Source: Planctomycetota bacterium (GTDB lineage Bacteria > Planctomycetota > B15-G4 > JADJEK01). Taken from it: 64,000 nt of DNA. Both the position numbers and the translations under genes were made by a program. Shown one piece after another: positions 49,749 to 58,720 of this stretch; position 1 is the stretch's first letter, and every line of letters starts with the position of its first letter. The stretch covers positions 129,328 to 193,327 of the forward strand of contig JADJEK010000007.1 of the NCBI GenBank assembly GCA_016709145.1, given 5' to 3'. Below the pieces are notes generated by a model that was not told where the DNA came from, searched no databases, and saw only the letters and a program-made list of their open reading frames with translations.

Positions 49749-51281
49749 ATGACGACGTCGGATCGTGAGCGCCCGGGCAGGGCTTGGCCTGCCCTCGTGG
49801 TGAGTGCCTTGGTGACGCTCGCGTCGTTCGCGGCACGGGATGCGGATGCGACGTCGATCGACCTGGTCGTGGTCGACGCGAACTGCGATGCGCAGTTCGT
49901 CTCAGCTGCTCACCTGCTCGCGGCAGCCGACTCGGCCGTCGTCGCGACGGTCGATCTCCACGATCGCGATGCCCTCGCGGTGACCCTGCGCGAGCACGAA
50001 CCGCACGACGTCGTGTTCATGGTCGAACCGCGGCGCCTCGACCTCGACCTCACCCACCGCGTGATCGAACTCTCGACGCTCGTGGACTCCGACCCATTCC
50101 CCGACTTCGCGCACGGCTTCGTGACCGGGCTCGATGGCGCGGCCGCACGCCGCTTCGTGCAATCCATGCTCGCCGCGCGCGATGCGCAACGCGGTCGACG
50201 TCTCGGCGTCCTTGGAGTCAGTGAGGGTGCGACGCCGGCTCCACGACCGCTCGGCGCCGAGCTCGCGCGCGCATGCGGATTCTCGTTCGCGTTCGAAGGC
50301 CTGCCCGGCGTGGACGCGAGCGCGCGTCGCCGACGCGATGCGCTCGAGCGCCTGTCGCGTTCCGATCTGCTGATGTTGTTCTCGCACGGCGAACCCGACC
50401 GCATGGTCGGCGCATTCCGCGGCGAAGAGCTGCGCTCGTGGTCGATCGATCTCGACGGCCGTGTCGTCGTCAATTGCGCGTGCTTCAACGGTTCGATGTG
50501 TACGGCCACGCTGCCGGGCGTCGGCGGACTCGAGCGGCGCGAGACCGCGCCGGAGAGCACCGTGGCACTCGCGCTGCTCGACACCGGTGTGTCCGCGTAC
50601 GTGGCGGGCATGGACGCGTGGCACGGTCCACTCGCCGTCCAAGTGACGCTTGAACTCAGCGACACCGGCGCCACGCTCGGCGCGGCGGCGCGATTGCCGA
50701 TCGACCGCTTGGTGATGACGCAACTCGATCGCCCCCTGCGATTCCCCGCGCAGGACGCGGCGGACGCGCGCTTCAGTGCGGAGCCCGGCGCGTATGCGCG
50801 CGGCAATGCCGCCGGCGGCGTGCTGTTCGGCGATCCCTCGTTCGCGCCGTTTTCGGACGCGGCGCCGCGGTCGTTCCGCGCCACGCTCGATTCCGACTCG
50901 GCCAAGCCGACGGTGCGCATCGAACTCGAACCGCTGGTGGACGCGATCGGTGGCTACGAGTCGCTGTTGCTGCTCCCGCGCATCCTCGCGTACTTCGAAC
51001 CGCTGCCGTCGCCGCCGACGAGTCTGCCACTCGAGCTCTACCGCGTCGTCGACTGGCCCGCCGACGCACCGCGACGGAACGCTTGGCGCGTCGCATCGGC
51101 CACGACCGGCGACACCGAGGTCGATTGCGGCGAAGTGCTCACGGCCTACGAGGAGACGCCGCGCGGCCCGCGTCTGCACGTGGTCGTGCCGCTCGCGAAC
51201 CAGACCGGGATCGCCGCGTTCCAGTTGCGCGACCGACTCGCGCGCTTCGGTGCGGCGATCGTGCTCGAACCTGACGGGTGA
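49749..51281 (+). CDS. Secreted hypothetical protein with caspase-like (clan CD-type) His...Cys spacing
   Basis: Signal-like AWPALVVSALVTLASFAA. Candidate dyad LLMLFSHGEPDRM ...(35 aa)... VVVNCACFNGS, resembling the His-Gly/Cys arrangement of gingipain/CHAT/caspase-fold peptidases. Assignment tentative. Confidence 0.45.
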   Translation: MTTSDRERPGRAWPALVVSALVTLASFAARDADATSIDLVVVDANCDAQFVSAAHLLAAADSAVVATVDLHDRDALAVTLREHEPHDVVFMVEPRRLDLDLTHRVIELSTLVDSDPFPDFAHGFVTGLDGAAARRFVQSMLAARDAQRGRRLGVLGVSEGATPAPRPLGAELARACGFSFAFEGLPGVDASARRRRDALERLSRSDLLMLFSHGEPDRMVGAFRGEELRSWSIDLDGRVVVNCACFNGSMCTATLPGVGGLERRETAPESTVALALLDTGVSAYVAGMDAWHGPLAVQVTLELSDTGATLGAAARLPIDRLVMTQLDRPLRFPAQDAADARFSAEPGAYARGNAAGGVLFGDPSFAPFSDAAPRSFRATLDSDSAKPTVRIELEPLVDAIGGYESLLLLPRILAYFEPLPSPPTSLPLELYRVVDWPADAPRRNAWRVASATTGDTEVDCGEVLTAYEETPRGPRLHVVVPLANQTGIAAFQLRDRLARFGAAIVLEPDG

Positions 51282-51353
51282 CGTCGTGATCGGGAGATCC
51301 AGGAGTCGCATCGACCGCCGATGACCGCGCATCGCGGCGCAAGGGTCGTTGCG

Positions 51354-52433
51354 TCACGGCGGCGCGAGTTCGAGCAGTCGATACAGCTCCGCGAGCGCGA
51401 CTTCGGTCGCTCGACCCGGGTTGTAGAACAGCAAGCGCGCGCGTTCCTTGCGCTCCGCCGAGCGTTCTCGTGGATGCGCGAGCGCGCGCTCCACGGCCGG
51501 CACGAGAGCTTCCGCACTCGGCACCACGTCACCCGCCGCGCGCATCCAATCGAACGACGCGTCGTCGTCATCGCCGAATCGGCGCTGCGCCGACGACTTG
51601 ATCTTCGCTTCGTGCTCGGGCGTCGACAGATAGAGGACCGGCGCATCGCGCAGCAGGAACTCGTTGGCGACGCTCGAGAGGTCCGACACCAGGACGTCGG
51701 CGGCTTGCAACACCGGCACGACGTCGTGCGCTCGAACGATGCGGACGCGACCCGTGCGATGACGCGCTTCGATCTCGGCCGCGTAATCGCGCGTGAGTTT
51801 GGCTCGGAACCGTCGGTCCGAGCGATCGTGCAGTTTCACGAGGACGTTCACGGGCAGCGTGGCCAGCAGATCGATCGCCTCGAGACCGAATCCCTCGAGC
51901 GACGATCCAGCCGACCCCGAGCGCGTCGGCGCGTACGCGACCGTCGGCAACGATGCGTCGAGTCCGAGCCGCGCGAGCAACTCCATCCCGGCCGTGCGCG
52001 GGCCCAACAGCGCGTCGGTCTTCGGCATCCCGACGCGCAGCACGCGCGGGTCGTCCTCCCGCGCGAGCCCGGCCTTCACCAACTTGCGGCGGTGGTACTC
52101 GCCGATCACCATCCAGCGCTGGAACGCGAGCACGTCGTCGGAGACGGCGTAATTCTTGAACGACACGCCGTGGAACATTTGCACGCGCAGGCGAGCTCGC
52201 CCGTGCCGGTAATGAAAGCCGGGACAAAGAGCGAGATCCGCCTTCGCGAAACGCGCGAACGCGCGGTGGACGTAGCGCACCGGCCGATCGAGACACTGCT
52301 CGGCGAGTTCTCGACCACCGTGACGCGCACTGACCATGAGTTCGATCCGCGCATCCGCGGCGAGTCGGACCCACAACGGCGCGACGACCGCGTACGACAA
52401 CGGCGTCGACGCCGGCAGCAAGATCGTCTTCAC
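51354..52433 (-). CDS. CDP-glycerol glycerophosphotransferase (TagB/TagF) family protein
   Basis: TagF-like C-terminal motifs (MFHGVSFK; LVSDLSSVANEFLLRDAPVLYL). 359 aa. Confidence 0.55.
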   Translation of the reverse strand: MKTILLPASTPLSYAVVAPLWVRLAADARIELMVSARHGGRELAEQCLDRPVRYVHRAFARFAKADLALCPGFHYRHGRARLRVQMFHGVSFKNYAVSDDVLAFQRWMVIGEYHRRKLVKAGLAREDDPRVLRVGMPKTDALLGPRTAGMELLARLGLDASLPTVAYAPTRSGSAGSSLEGFGLEAIDLLATLPVNVLVKLHDRSDRRFRAKLTRDYAAEIEARHRTGRVRIVRAHDVVPVLQAADVLVSDLSSVANEFLLRDAPVLYLSTPEHEAKIKSSAQRRFGDDDDASFDWMRAAGDVVPSAEALVPAVERALAHPRERSAERKERARLLFYNPGRATEVALAELYRLLELAPP

Positions 52434-52754
52434 GCTTCGGTTTCCCGCGGTCGCTACGAACGCGCAGAGCGTACTGATCCAGACGTTGAACGACGCGTGG
52501 CAGCCTTGAAACGCCGCTGAAACATGCTGGCTGGGAGGCTGTCAGTCTGAAACACCGAAGCTAGAGTTCGCACTCGTCGACTGCCCCGCTAGACGTCGAC
52601 GACAGAATCTCGAGAAGCGAGCGTCGAGTGAAGCCTGCGCCAGCATCCGGCGGGATGAGGCTTCCAGGATCGAGTTCGAACCGGAAACGGGTCGCCTCGT
52701 GAACTGTGCGTCGGGTCGCGCCGCCGCACTCGGAACTTCGAAGAGGGGGTCTTC

Positions 52755-54065
52755 GTGACTCTCAACGTGCTCGTCGTGGACGATATGGCGACGGTGCGGG
52801 ACACCGTCATCCGGATGCTGCGCAAAGCCGGAATGCGCGCCACTCCCGCAGTGTCGGGGACCGAGGCGCTGAACGAGCTCACGCAACGGCAGTTCGACAT
52901 CGCGCTCGTCGACCTCAAGATGGGATCGATGGACGGCATCGAACTGCTGCGTCGCATCCGTGCACGCTGGCCGAAGATCGGTGTGGTCGTGATGTCGGCT
53001 TACGCGACGGTCGGCGTCGCGGTCGAGGCCATGCGCAACGGCGCCTCCCACGTGCTCGAGAAGCCGTTCACGATGGAAGCGCTGCTCGACGCCATCCAAC
53101 TCGCGTCGCACTCGTCCGCACCCGGCGACGGCACGCCCGCGGGCTCACCGTTCGAGGAGCTGGTCGGCCACAGCCGCGAGTTCCTCGACGCGGTCGATCT
53201 CGCGCGCCGCGCCGCGGAGAACGACAAGCCGCTGTTGATCGTCGGCGAGCCCGGCACGGGCAAGGAAGCGTTCGCTCGCGCGATCCACAGCGGCAGCACG
53301 CGCCGCGCGGGACCGTTCGTGGTCCAACGCTGTGCCGGCGGTTCGATCGGAGTGATCGCCGAACTGTTCGGCGTCACCGGCGGCTCGCTCGGTCGCATCG
53401 CGGATGCGGATCGCGGCACGCTGTTCATCGACGAGATCGGTGATCTGCCCGCCGAAGCGCAGGCACGCCTGCTGCGCTTCCTCGCCGACGGCGAGATCGT
53501 GCGCGAGGCCGGACTACCGACGTCGCGCGCCGACGTCCGCGTGATCGCGGCGACCGCGAAGGACCTCGACGTCGAAGTGCGCGCCGGCCGCTTCCGCAAC
53601 GATTTGCTGCTGCGACAGCGCACGTTGCTGCTGCGCTTGCAACCGCTGCGCGAGCGCAAGGCGGACTTGCAGAAGTTGCTCGCGCACTACGCCAAGAAGA
53701 ACCGGCCGCGCGGCGGCAGCGCACCGCGCTTCTCGCGGGACGCGGTGCGCGTGCTCATGACGCACGACTTCCCCGGCAACCTGCGTGAGCTCGAGAACCT
53801 GATCGAGCAAGCTTCGAGCATGTGCGTCGGCGCGGAGATCGGGCCCGAAGTCTTCGAGCGCCTCGGCCTGCGCGGCATCGACGAACCGATCGACACCGAC
53901 GGCGGCGCGATCAAGAACCGCATCGAGGGCGAGGAGCGACGCGCGGTCGAGGAAGCCGTCCAACGCAACCCGCGCAATCTCGCACGCGCGGCGTCCGAGC
54001 TCGGCATCTCTCGCACCACGTTGTGGCGCAAGATGAAGAAGTACGGACTACTCGAAGGCGAGTGA
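52755..54065 (+). CDS. NtrC-family response regulator (receiver + AAA+ sigma-54-interaction-type domain + Fis-type HTH) with degenerate GAFTGA loop
   Basis: Receiver residues DD (VVDDMA), phospho-Asp (ALVDLKM), S (MSAY), K (EKPF). AAA+ Walker A GEPGTGKE, Walker B LFIDEI, arginine finger region. HTH ISRTTLWRKMKKYGL. Loop where GAFTGA is expected reads ELFGVTGGSLG. GTG start. Confidence 0.85.
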   Translation: MTLNVLVVDDMATVRDTVIRMLRKAGMRATPAVSGTEALNELTQRQFDIALVDLKMGSMDGIELLRRIRARWPKIGVVVMSAYATVGVAVEAMRNGASHVLEKPFTMEALLDAIQLASHSSAPGDGTPAGSPFEELVGHSREFLDAVDLARRAAENDKPLLIVGEPGTGKEAFARAIHSGSTRRAGPFVVQRCAGGSIGVIAELFGVTGGSLGRIADADRGTLFIDEIGDLPAEAQARLLRFLADGEIVREAGLPTSRADVRVIAATAKDLDVEVRAGRFRNDLLLRQRTLLLRLQPLRERKADLQKLLAHYAKKNRPRGGSAPRFSRDAVRVLMTHDFPGNLRELENLIEQASSMCVGAEIGPEVFERLGLRGIDEPIDTDGGAIKNRIEGEERRAVEEAVQRNPRNLARAASELGISRTTLWRKMKKYGLLEGE

Positions 54066-54102
54066 GCCGGACGGCCGACACGCCGTCGAACGAGCGGCAC
54101 GT

Positions 54103-54151
54103 GGAACGAGCCTGCCCGCGATCGCCGTGAACGATCGCGGGCAGGCTCGTT
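54103..54151. terminator. Bidirectional terminator-like hairpin between convergent regulator and dehydrogenase genes
   Basis: Perfect 21-bp inverted repeat gaacgagcctgcccgcgatcg-ccgtgaa-cgatcgcgggcaggctcgttc centred in the 104-bp convergent intergenic gap. Confidence 0.55.
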
Positions 54152-54169
54152 CCGCGTTCCGCTCGTCGT

Positions 54170-55219
54170 TCAGAGGGACTTGGCGACCATCGTGCCGATC
54201 TCGTCGGTGGGCAGGACGCCCGCGTTCAGCGACGGGATCTTGCCGCTGACGATCGCCGTCTCGACCGACTTCTCGATCGCGGCCGCGGCGTTCTCTTGGC
54301 CGACGTAGTCGAGCAGCATCGACACGGCCATGATCGACGCGATCGGGTTGGCCTTGTTCAGGCCCTTGTACTTCGGCGCCGAACCGTGGATCGGCTCGAA
54401 CATCGAGACCTGGCCCGGATGCAAGTTGCCCGACGCCGCGATGCCGAGTCCGCCTTGGATCATCGCGCCGAGGTCCGTGATGATGTCGCCGAAGATGTTC
54501 GGCGAGACGGCGACGTCGAACCACTCGGGGTTCTTGATCATCCACATGCACGCCGCGTCGATGTACGCGTGGTCGGTCCGGATGTCGGGGTACTCCTTCG
54601 CGACGTCGGCGAAGGTCCGCGTCCAAATGTCCTGCGCGCGGATCGCGTTGGCCTTGTCGATCAGCGTGACCTTCTTCTGCTTGTTGCGCTTGCGCGCGAC
54701 TTCGAATGCGTAGCGGATCGCGCGCTCACAGCCCTTGCGCGTGTACAGCATCGTCGCGATCGCGACTTCGTCGGGCGTGCTCTGCTTGAAGATGCCACCG
54801 ATGCGCGTGTACGCGTCCTCGGTGTTCTCCCGCACGAACACCATGTCGACGTCTTTCGGCCCCTTGTCCTTCAGCGGGCACAGGCGCTCGTGCAAGAGCT
54901 TCACCGGCCGCAGGTTCACGTAGAGGTCGAGCTTGAAGCGGATGCCGCCGATGATCGCGTGCTCGAGCATGCCGGTCTCGATGCGCGGATCGCCGATCGC
55001 GCCGAGGAAGATCGCGTTCATCTGGCGCAGCTCGGAGAAAACGCTCTCGGGCATCGTCTCCGTCGTCTTCAGGTAGTGCTCGGCGCCGAACGGGTAGACG
55101 ATCTTCTCGTAGTCGAAACCGAACTTCTCGGCCGCGGCGTGCAGCACCTTCATCGCCTCGCGCGTCACTTCCTCACCGATGCCGTCACCCGGAATCACCG
55201 CGACGCGCAGCTTGCCCAT
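54170..55219 (-). CDS. Isopropylmalate/tartrate/isocitrate dehydrogenase-family NAD(P)-dependent decarboxylating dehydrogenase (LeuB-like)
   Basis: MGKLRVAVIPGDGIGEEV N-terminal nucleotide/substrate motif. NIFGDIITDLGA, HGSAPKYKG... motifs. 349 aa, start at M25 of track ORF. Confidence 0.8.
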   Translation of the reverse strand: MGKLRVAVIPGDGIGEEVTREAMKVLHAAAEKFGFDYEKIVYPFGAEHYLKTTETMPESVFSELRQMNAIFLGAIGDPRIETGMLEHAIIGGIRFKLDLYVNLRPVKLLHERLCPLKDKGPKDVDMVFVRENTEDAYTRIGGIFKQSTPDEVAIATMLYTRKGCERAIRYAFEVARKRNKQKKVTLIDKANAIRAQDIWTRTFADVAKEYPDIRTDHAYIDAACMWMIKNPEWFDVAVSPNIFGDIITDLGAMIQGGLGIAASGNLHPGQVSMFEPIHGSAPKYKGLNKANPIASIMAVSMLLDYVGQENAAAAIEKSVETAIVSGKIPSLNAGVLPTDEIGTMVAKSL

Positions 55220-55371
55220 GTCCGCTCCGACTCGATCGTCTTGGCCGATGCCGCGCTCGCGATCGTGCATCTCGCACGGAACCTCGCACACGCGGCGGAA
55301 GCGCGGGATTGTGCGGAATCACCGATGCGACGGCAAGCACCGGCTCGGTTCACCGCGCCGCGCGACCTGCG

Positions 55372-56631
55372 TCAAACCGTCTCACGCAAGCGCCGCAGCA
55401 CTTCGTCCGGATGACCGATGCGGCCGAGCACGGCCGAGGCGATCGCGACGGCGCTGCCCGAGAGCAACGCGTGCACGCCGTCGGGAACACCGACCGGACG
55501 CGTGGTGAACAGCCAGCGATCGCCGGGCGCTCCGACGAATCCGCGCGGGCCCGAGAACAGCCCCGCCGACGGTTGCGCGATCAGCGCCCCGGCACGCACG
55601 AGCACGGTCAACAGACCTTCCTCGGCCGCGTGCTGCAGAGCGCGCTGGCTGCCGGGCACGATGATCAACGTCAGCTCGTCCGCGATCGGATGTTCCTTCA
55701 ACAGCCGGACCGCGAGCCGCAGGTCGTCGATGCGACCGCCGTGCTCGCCCCCGAGCACGACGCCCGACAGCGCGAGCGTCGGCAAGTTCGCGACGGGCTT
55801 TGGCGCGACCTCGGGCGCGCACGAGCGCACCACCGGATCGACTCCGTCGACGTCGACGTCGATCGATCGCGACAACACGGCGCCGTGGTCTTGCACGATC
55901 GGTCGCACCAGCCGCGCGCAGCGCGCGCGCGTCCATGCCAACGCGCGTTCGTCGGGAACGCAGACGATGCCACGCGCCCCCACCGCGACGAACGCGTCCG
56001 CGAGCGCCATGCGCTCGGGCAATTCCAACTCGGCGTACGCGACGCCTTCGAGCTGCACCACAGCGTCGACACACGCCTCGCCCGCGACCGCGATCGCGCG
56101 CTCGCCGAGGTCGCGGCCCGAGCTCCAGCGCCCCGGCTTGCCGTGCAACGTGACCCTCACAGTGCGTGGGACCTCGACGTCGAACGCGGGATCCCGCACG
56201 AGTCCTTCGAGCGCGACGACGTTCGGCTCGAGCACGAACGCGCCGAGGACACCGAGCACACGCGCGCCGCGTGCGCTCGAGACGACCAGATCGCCGGGCC
56301 CGACGAGCCCGCGGTCCGCGAGTTCGACGACTTGCGCGCCGCCGCGTCCCGCGGCGACGAACGTGGCGCCGACCTCGCGGGCGAATGCCCTCGCGGCGCG
56401 ATCGAGCGCACGCCAACGTCCGTCGACGTCGGCCCGGAAGCCCTCCTCGAACACGACGATGCGCCGCCCGTCGACGACCGCCCCAGGCGCCAGCGCATCG
56501 AGCTTCGACAAAACGACCGCGTCTTCGTCCAACGCGACGACTTTCGGCGACACACGCACACGCTCGCCGACCGCGACGACGTCGCGGCCGGCGTGTTGAG
56601 CGAGGATCTTCTCGACGAGCGTGAGCGGCAT
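55372..56631 (-). CDS. LeuC-like aconitase-family protein lacking Fe-S cluster cysteine ligands (probable pseudo-enzyme)
   Basis: MPLTLVEKILAQHAG... N-terminus and two long blocks align with archaeal-type LeuC/homoaconitase large subunit (e.g. ...[23 protein letters not shown].IADDV...NPSCSACMGS... corresponds to ...LSGVVLGGEHGGRIDDLRLAVRLLKEHPIADEL...AQPSAGLFSG...). The CTNG and CSAC cysteines and a GxDSHT motif are absent. Confidence 0.55.
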   Translation of the reverse strand: MPLTLVEKILAQHAGRDVVAVGERVRVSPKVVALDEDAVVLSKLDALAPGAVVDGRRIVVFEEGFRADVDGRWRALDRAARAFAREVGATFVAAGRGGAQVVELADRGLVGPGDLVVSSARGARVLGVLGAFVLEPNVVALEGLVRDPAFDVEVPRTVRVTLHGKPGRWSSGRDLGERAIAVAGEACVDAVVQLEGVAYAELELPERMALADAFVAVGARGIVCVPDERALAWTRARCARLVRPIVQDHGAVLSRSIDVDVDGVDPVVRSCAPEVAPKPVANLPTLALSGVVLGGEHGGRIDDLRLAVRLLKEHPIADELTLIIVPGSQRALQHAAEEGLLTVLVRAGALIAQPSAGLFSGPRGFVGAPGDRWLFTTRPVGVPDGVHALLSGSAVAIASAVLGRIGHPDEVLRRLRETV

Positions 56632-56659
56632 CAGGCCACCACCGCCGCGCACCGCGAGG

Positions 56660-57868
56660 TCATTTCGCCTCGACGAGGATGGCGATGCCCTGCCCGCCGC
56701 CGATGCACGCCGACGCGATGCCGGTCTTCTTGCCGCTCGCCTTCAGCGCGTTCAACAGGGTCAGCGTGATGCGCGTGCCGGTCGCTCCGAGCGGGTGCCC
56801 GAGTGCGATCGCGCCGCCGTTCACGTTGACCTTCGAGCGGTCGAGCCCGAGGTCCTTCTCGACCGCGAGGTATTGCGCCGAGAACGCCTCGTTGATCTCG
56901 AACAGATCGATCTTGTCGACGCCGATGCCGGCGCGCTCGCAGACCTGACGGATCGCAGGCGCCGGACCGATGCCCATCTCCGACGGCTCGACGCCGACGA
57001 TCGACCACGCCACGATGCGACCGAGCGGCTTCACACCGAGTTCCTTCGCGCGCGTCGCCGACGCGACGATGACCGCGGCCGCGCCGTCGACGATGCCCGA
57101 CGCGTTGCCGGCCGTCACGGTGCCGTCCTTGCCGAACGCCGCCGGCAGGCCCGCGAGGCCGGCCAACGTCGTCTCCGGCTTGATGTGGTCGTCGAGGTCG
57201 ACCTTGATCACGCCCTTGCGCGTCTGGATCTCGACCGGGACGATCTCGGCGGCGAAGCGACCGCTTTTCACGGCCTCCGCTCCGAGTTGGTGCGAGCGCA
57301 GCGCGAACTCGTCCTGCGCCTCGCGCGTGATGCCCCACTTCTTGGCGATCTTCTCGGCCGTCTGCGCCATGAACAGGCCGCACATCGGGTCCTGCAGGGA
57401 CGAGAACAGCAGGTCCTCGAGTTCGGTCTTCGCGCCGAAGCGCAAGCCGGTGCGCGCACCGCGCAGGACGTGCGGAGCTTGGCTCATGCTCTCCATGCCG
57501 CCGGCGGCGACGACGTGCGCTTCACCGCAGCGGATCATTTGCGCCGCGGACACGATCGACTGGATGCCCGAGCCGCACAGCCGATTCACGGTCAACGCGG
57601 GCTTGTCGATCGGCACGCCGGCCTTCAGCGCGACGTGGCGCGCGCCGTAGATCGAATACTCCGTCGTCTGCAGCGCATTGCCGATCACGGTGTGGTCGAT
57701 CTGCTCGGGTTTGATGCCGGTCCTGGCCAGCGCGCCCTTCAGCGCCCAGGCGCCGAGATCCATCGCGCCGACGTCCTTGAGCTTGCCGAAACCCGGCGTG
57801 CCCGAGTATTCGGCCATCGCCGTGCGTGCGCCACCGAGGATCCAAAGTTCGTCCGTTGCGGTCGTCAT
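56660..57868 (-). CDS. Acetyl-CoA C-acetyltransferase (thiolase II)
   Basis: Thiolase active-site regions NRLCGSGIQS (Cys), ...GNASGIVDGAAA..., NVNGGAIALGHPLGATG (His), IGGGQGIA (Cys). Confidence 0.9.
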   Translation of the reverse strand: MTTATDELWILGGARTAMAEYSGTPGFGKLKDVGAMDLGAWALKGALARTGIKPEQIDHTVIGNALQTTEYSIYGARHVALKAGVPIDKPALTVNRLCGSGIQSIVSAAQMIRCGEAHVVAAGGMESMSQAPHVLRGARTGLRFGAKTELEDLLFSSLQDPMCGLFMAQTAEKIAKKWGITREAQDEFALRSHQLGAEAVKSGRFAAEIVPVEIQTRKGVIKVDLDDHIKPETTLAGLAGLPAAFGKDGTVTAGNASGIVDGAAAVIVASATRAKELGVKPLGRIVAWSIVGVEPSEMGIGPAPAIRQVCERAGIGVDKIDLFEINEAFSAQYLAVEKDLGLDRSKVNVNGGAIALGHPLGATGTRITLTLLNALKASGKKTGIASACIGGGQGIAILVEAK

Positions 57869-57937
57869 CGTCGCTCGTCCTTCAAGAGTCTTCGCGCGTC
57901 GCGCGAGGTTGCGTTGTGTCGATGGAGCGGCGCGAAC

Positions 57938-58720
57938 TCAAGCGCCGGTGAAGCGTGCGGGACGCTTCTCGAGGAATGCCTTCAAGCCTTCGCGCGTGTC
58001 GGCCGTCGAACCGATCAGCCCGAACAGTGCGGCTTCGAGCGCGAGTCCCTCGCCAAGCGCGAGATCCTGGCCTCGCGTCGCCGCGTCGAGGATGAACCGC
58101 GTCGCGACCGGCGCCTTGCTCGCGAGCTTCGTCGCGATCTTCGTCGCCGCGTCCTGGAGCTGATCGGGTTCGAACACCTTGTTCACGAGCCCGAGGCGAC
58201 AGGCCTCGTTCGCGTCGATCGGATCGCCGGTCAGCACCATCTCGAGCGCCGGCCCACGGCCGACCAAGCGCGGCAAGCGTTGCGTACCGCCGTAGCCCGG
58301 CATGATGCCGAGATTGATCTCGGGCAAACCGAGCTTCGCGTTCGACGACGCGTAGCGGAACGTGCACGACAGCGCGAGTTCGAGCCCGCCACCCAGCGCG
58401 AAGCCGTTGATCGCCGCGATCACGGGCTTGCCGAGCGTCTCGATGCGGCGGAACACGGCTTGGCCGTACGCGGCCGTCGCGCCGAGCTTCGCCGGTGACG
58501 CGCCGTCGAGTTCGGCGATGTCGGCGCCGGCGACGAAGAACTTGGGGCCGGCTCCGGTCAACACCACCGTGCGCACCGACGCGTCGGTCGCGAGACCCGT
58601 GAACACGCAATCGAGTTCACCGATCAGCGCGGCATTCAGGGCGTTGCCCTTGTCCTGGCGATCGATCGTGACGACCGCGACGCCGTCGTGCGTCGCGACG
58701 CGCAGGAACTGCAGCGTCAT
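57938..58720 (-). CDS. Enoyl-CoA hydratase (crotonase family)
   Basis: Start at M191 of the 57938..59290 track ORF (MTLQFLRVATHDGVAVVTIDRQDKGNAL). Crotonase oxyanion-hole motifs GAGPKFFVAGADI and INGFALGGGLELAL. 260 aa. Confidence 0.85.
   Translation of the reverse strand: MTLQFLRVATHDGVAVVTIDRQDKGNALNAALIGELDCVFTGLATDASVRTVVLTGAGPKFFVAGADIAELDGASPAKLGATAAYGQAVFRRIETLGKPVIAAINGFALGGGLELALSCTFRYASSNAKLGLPEINLGIMPGYGGTQRLPRLVGRGPALEMVLTGDPIDANEACRLGLVNKVFEPDQLQDAATKIATKLASKAPVATRFILDAATRGQDLALGEGLALEAALFGLIGSTADTREGLKAFLEKRPARFTGA

Noticed and set aside
49664-51400. Possible genomic island at tRNA-Phe
   Set aside because: No integrase, no recognisable direct repeat of the tRNA 3' end, GC content continuous with flanks.
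52434-52754. Sigma-54 (-24 GG / -12 GC) promoter upstream of the NtrC-type regulator or TagF-like gene
   Set aside because: Only weak partial matches (e.g. TGGCAG-N5-AAACG). Nothing convincing.
55309-56769. Plus-strand ORFs (55309..56769, 55418..56599) and minus 55382..56416 overlapping the LeuC-like gene
   Set aside because: Arg-rich shadow frames. Only 55372..56631(-) aligns with a protein family.
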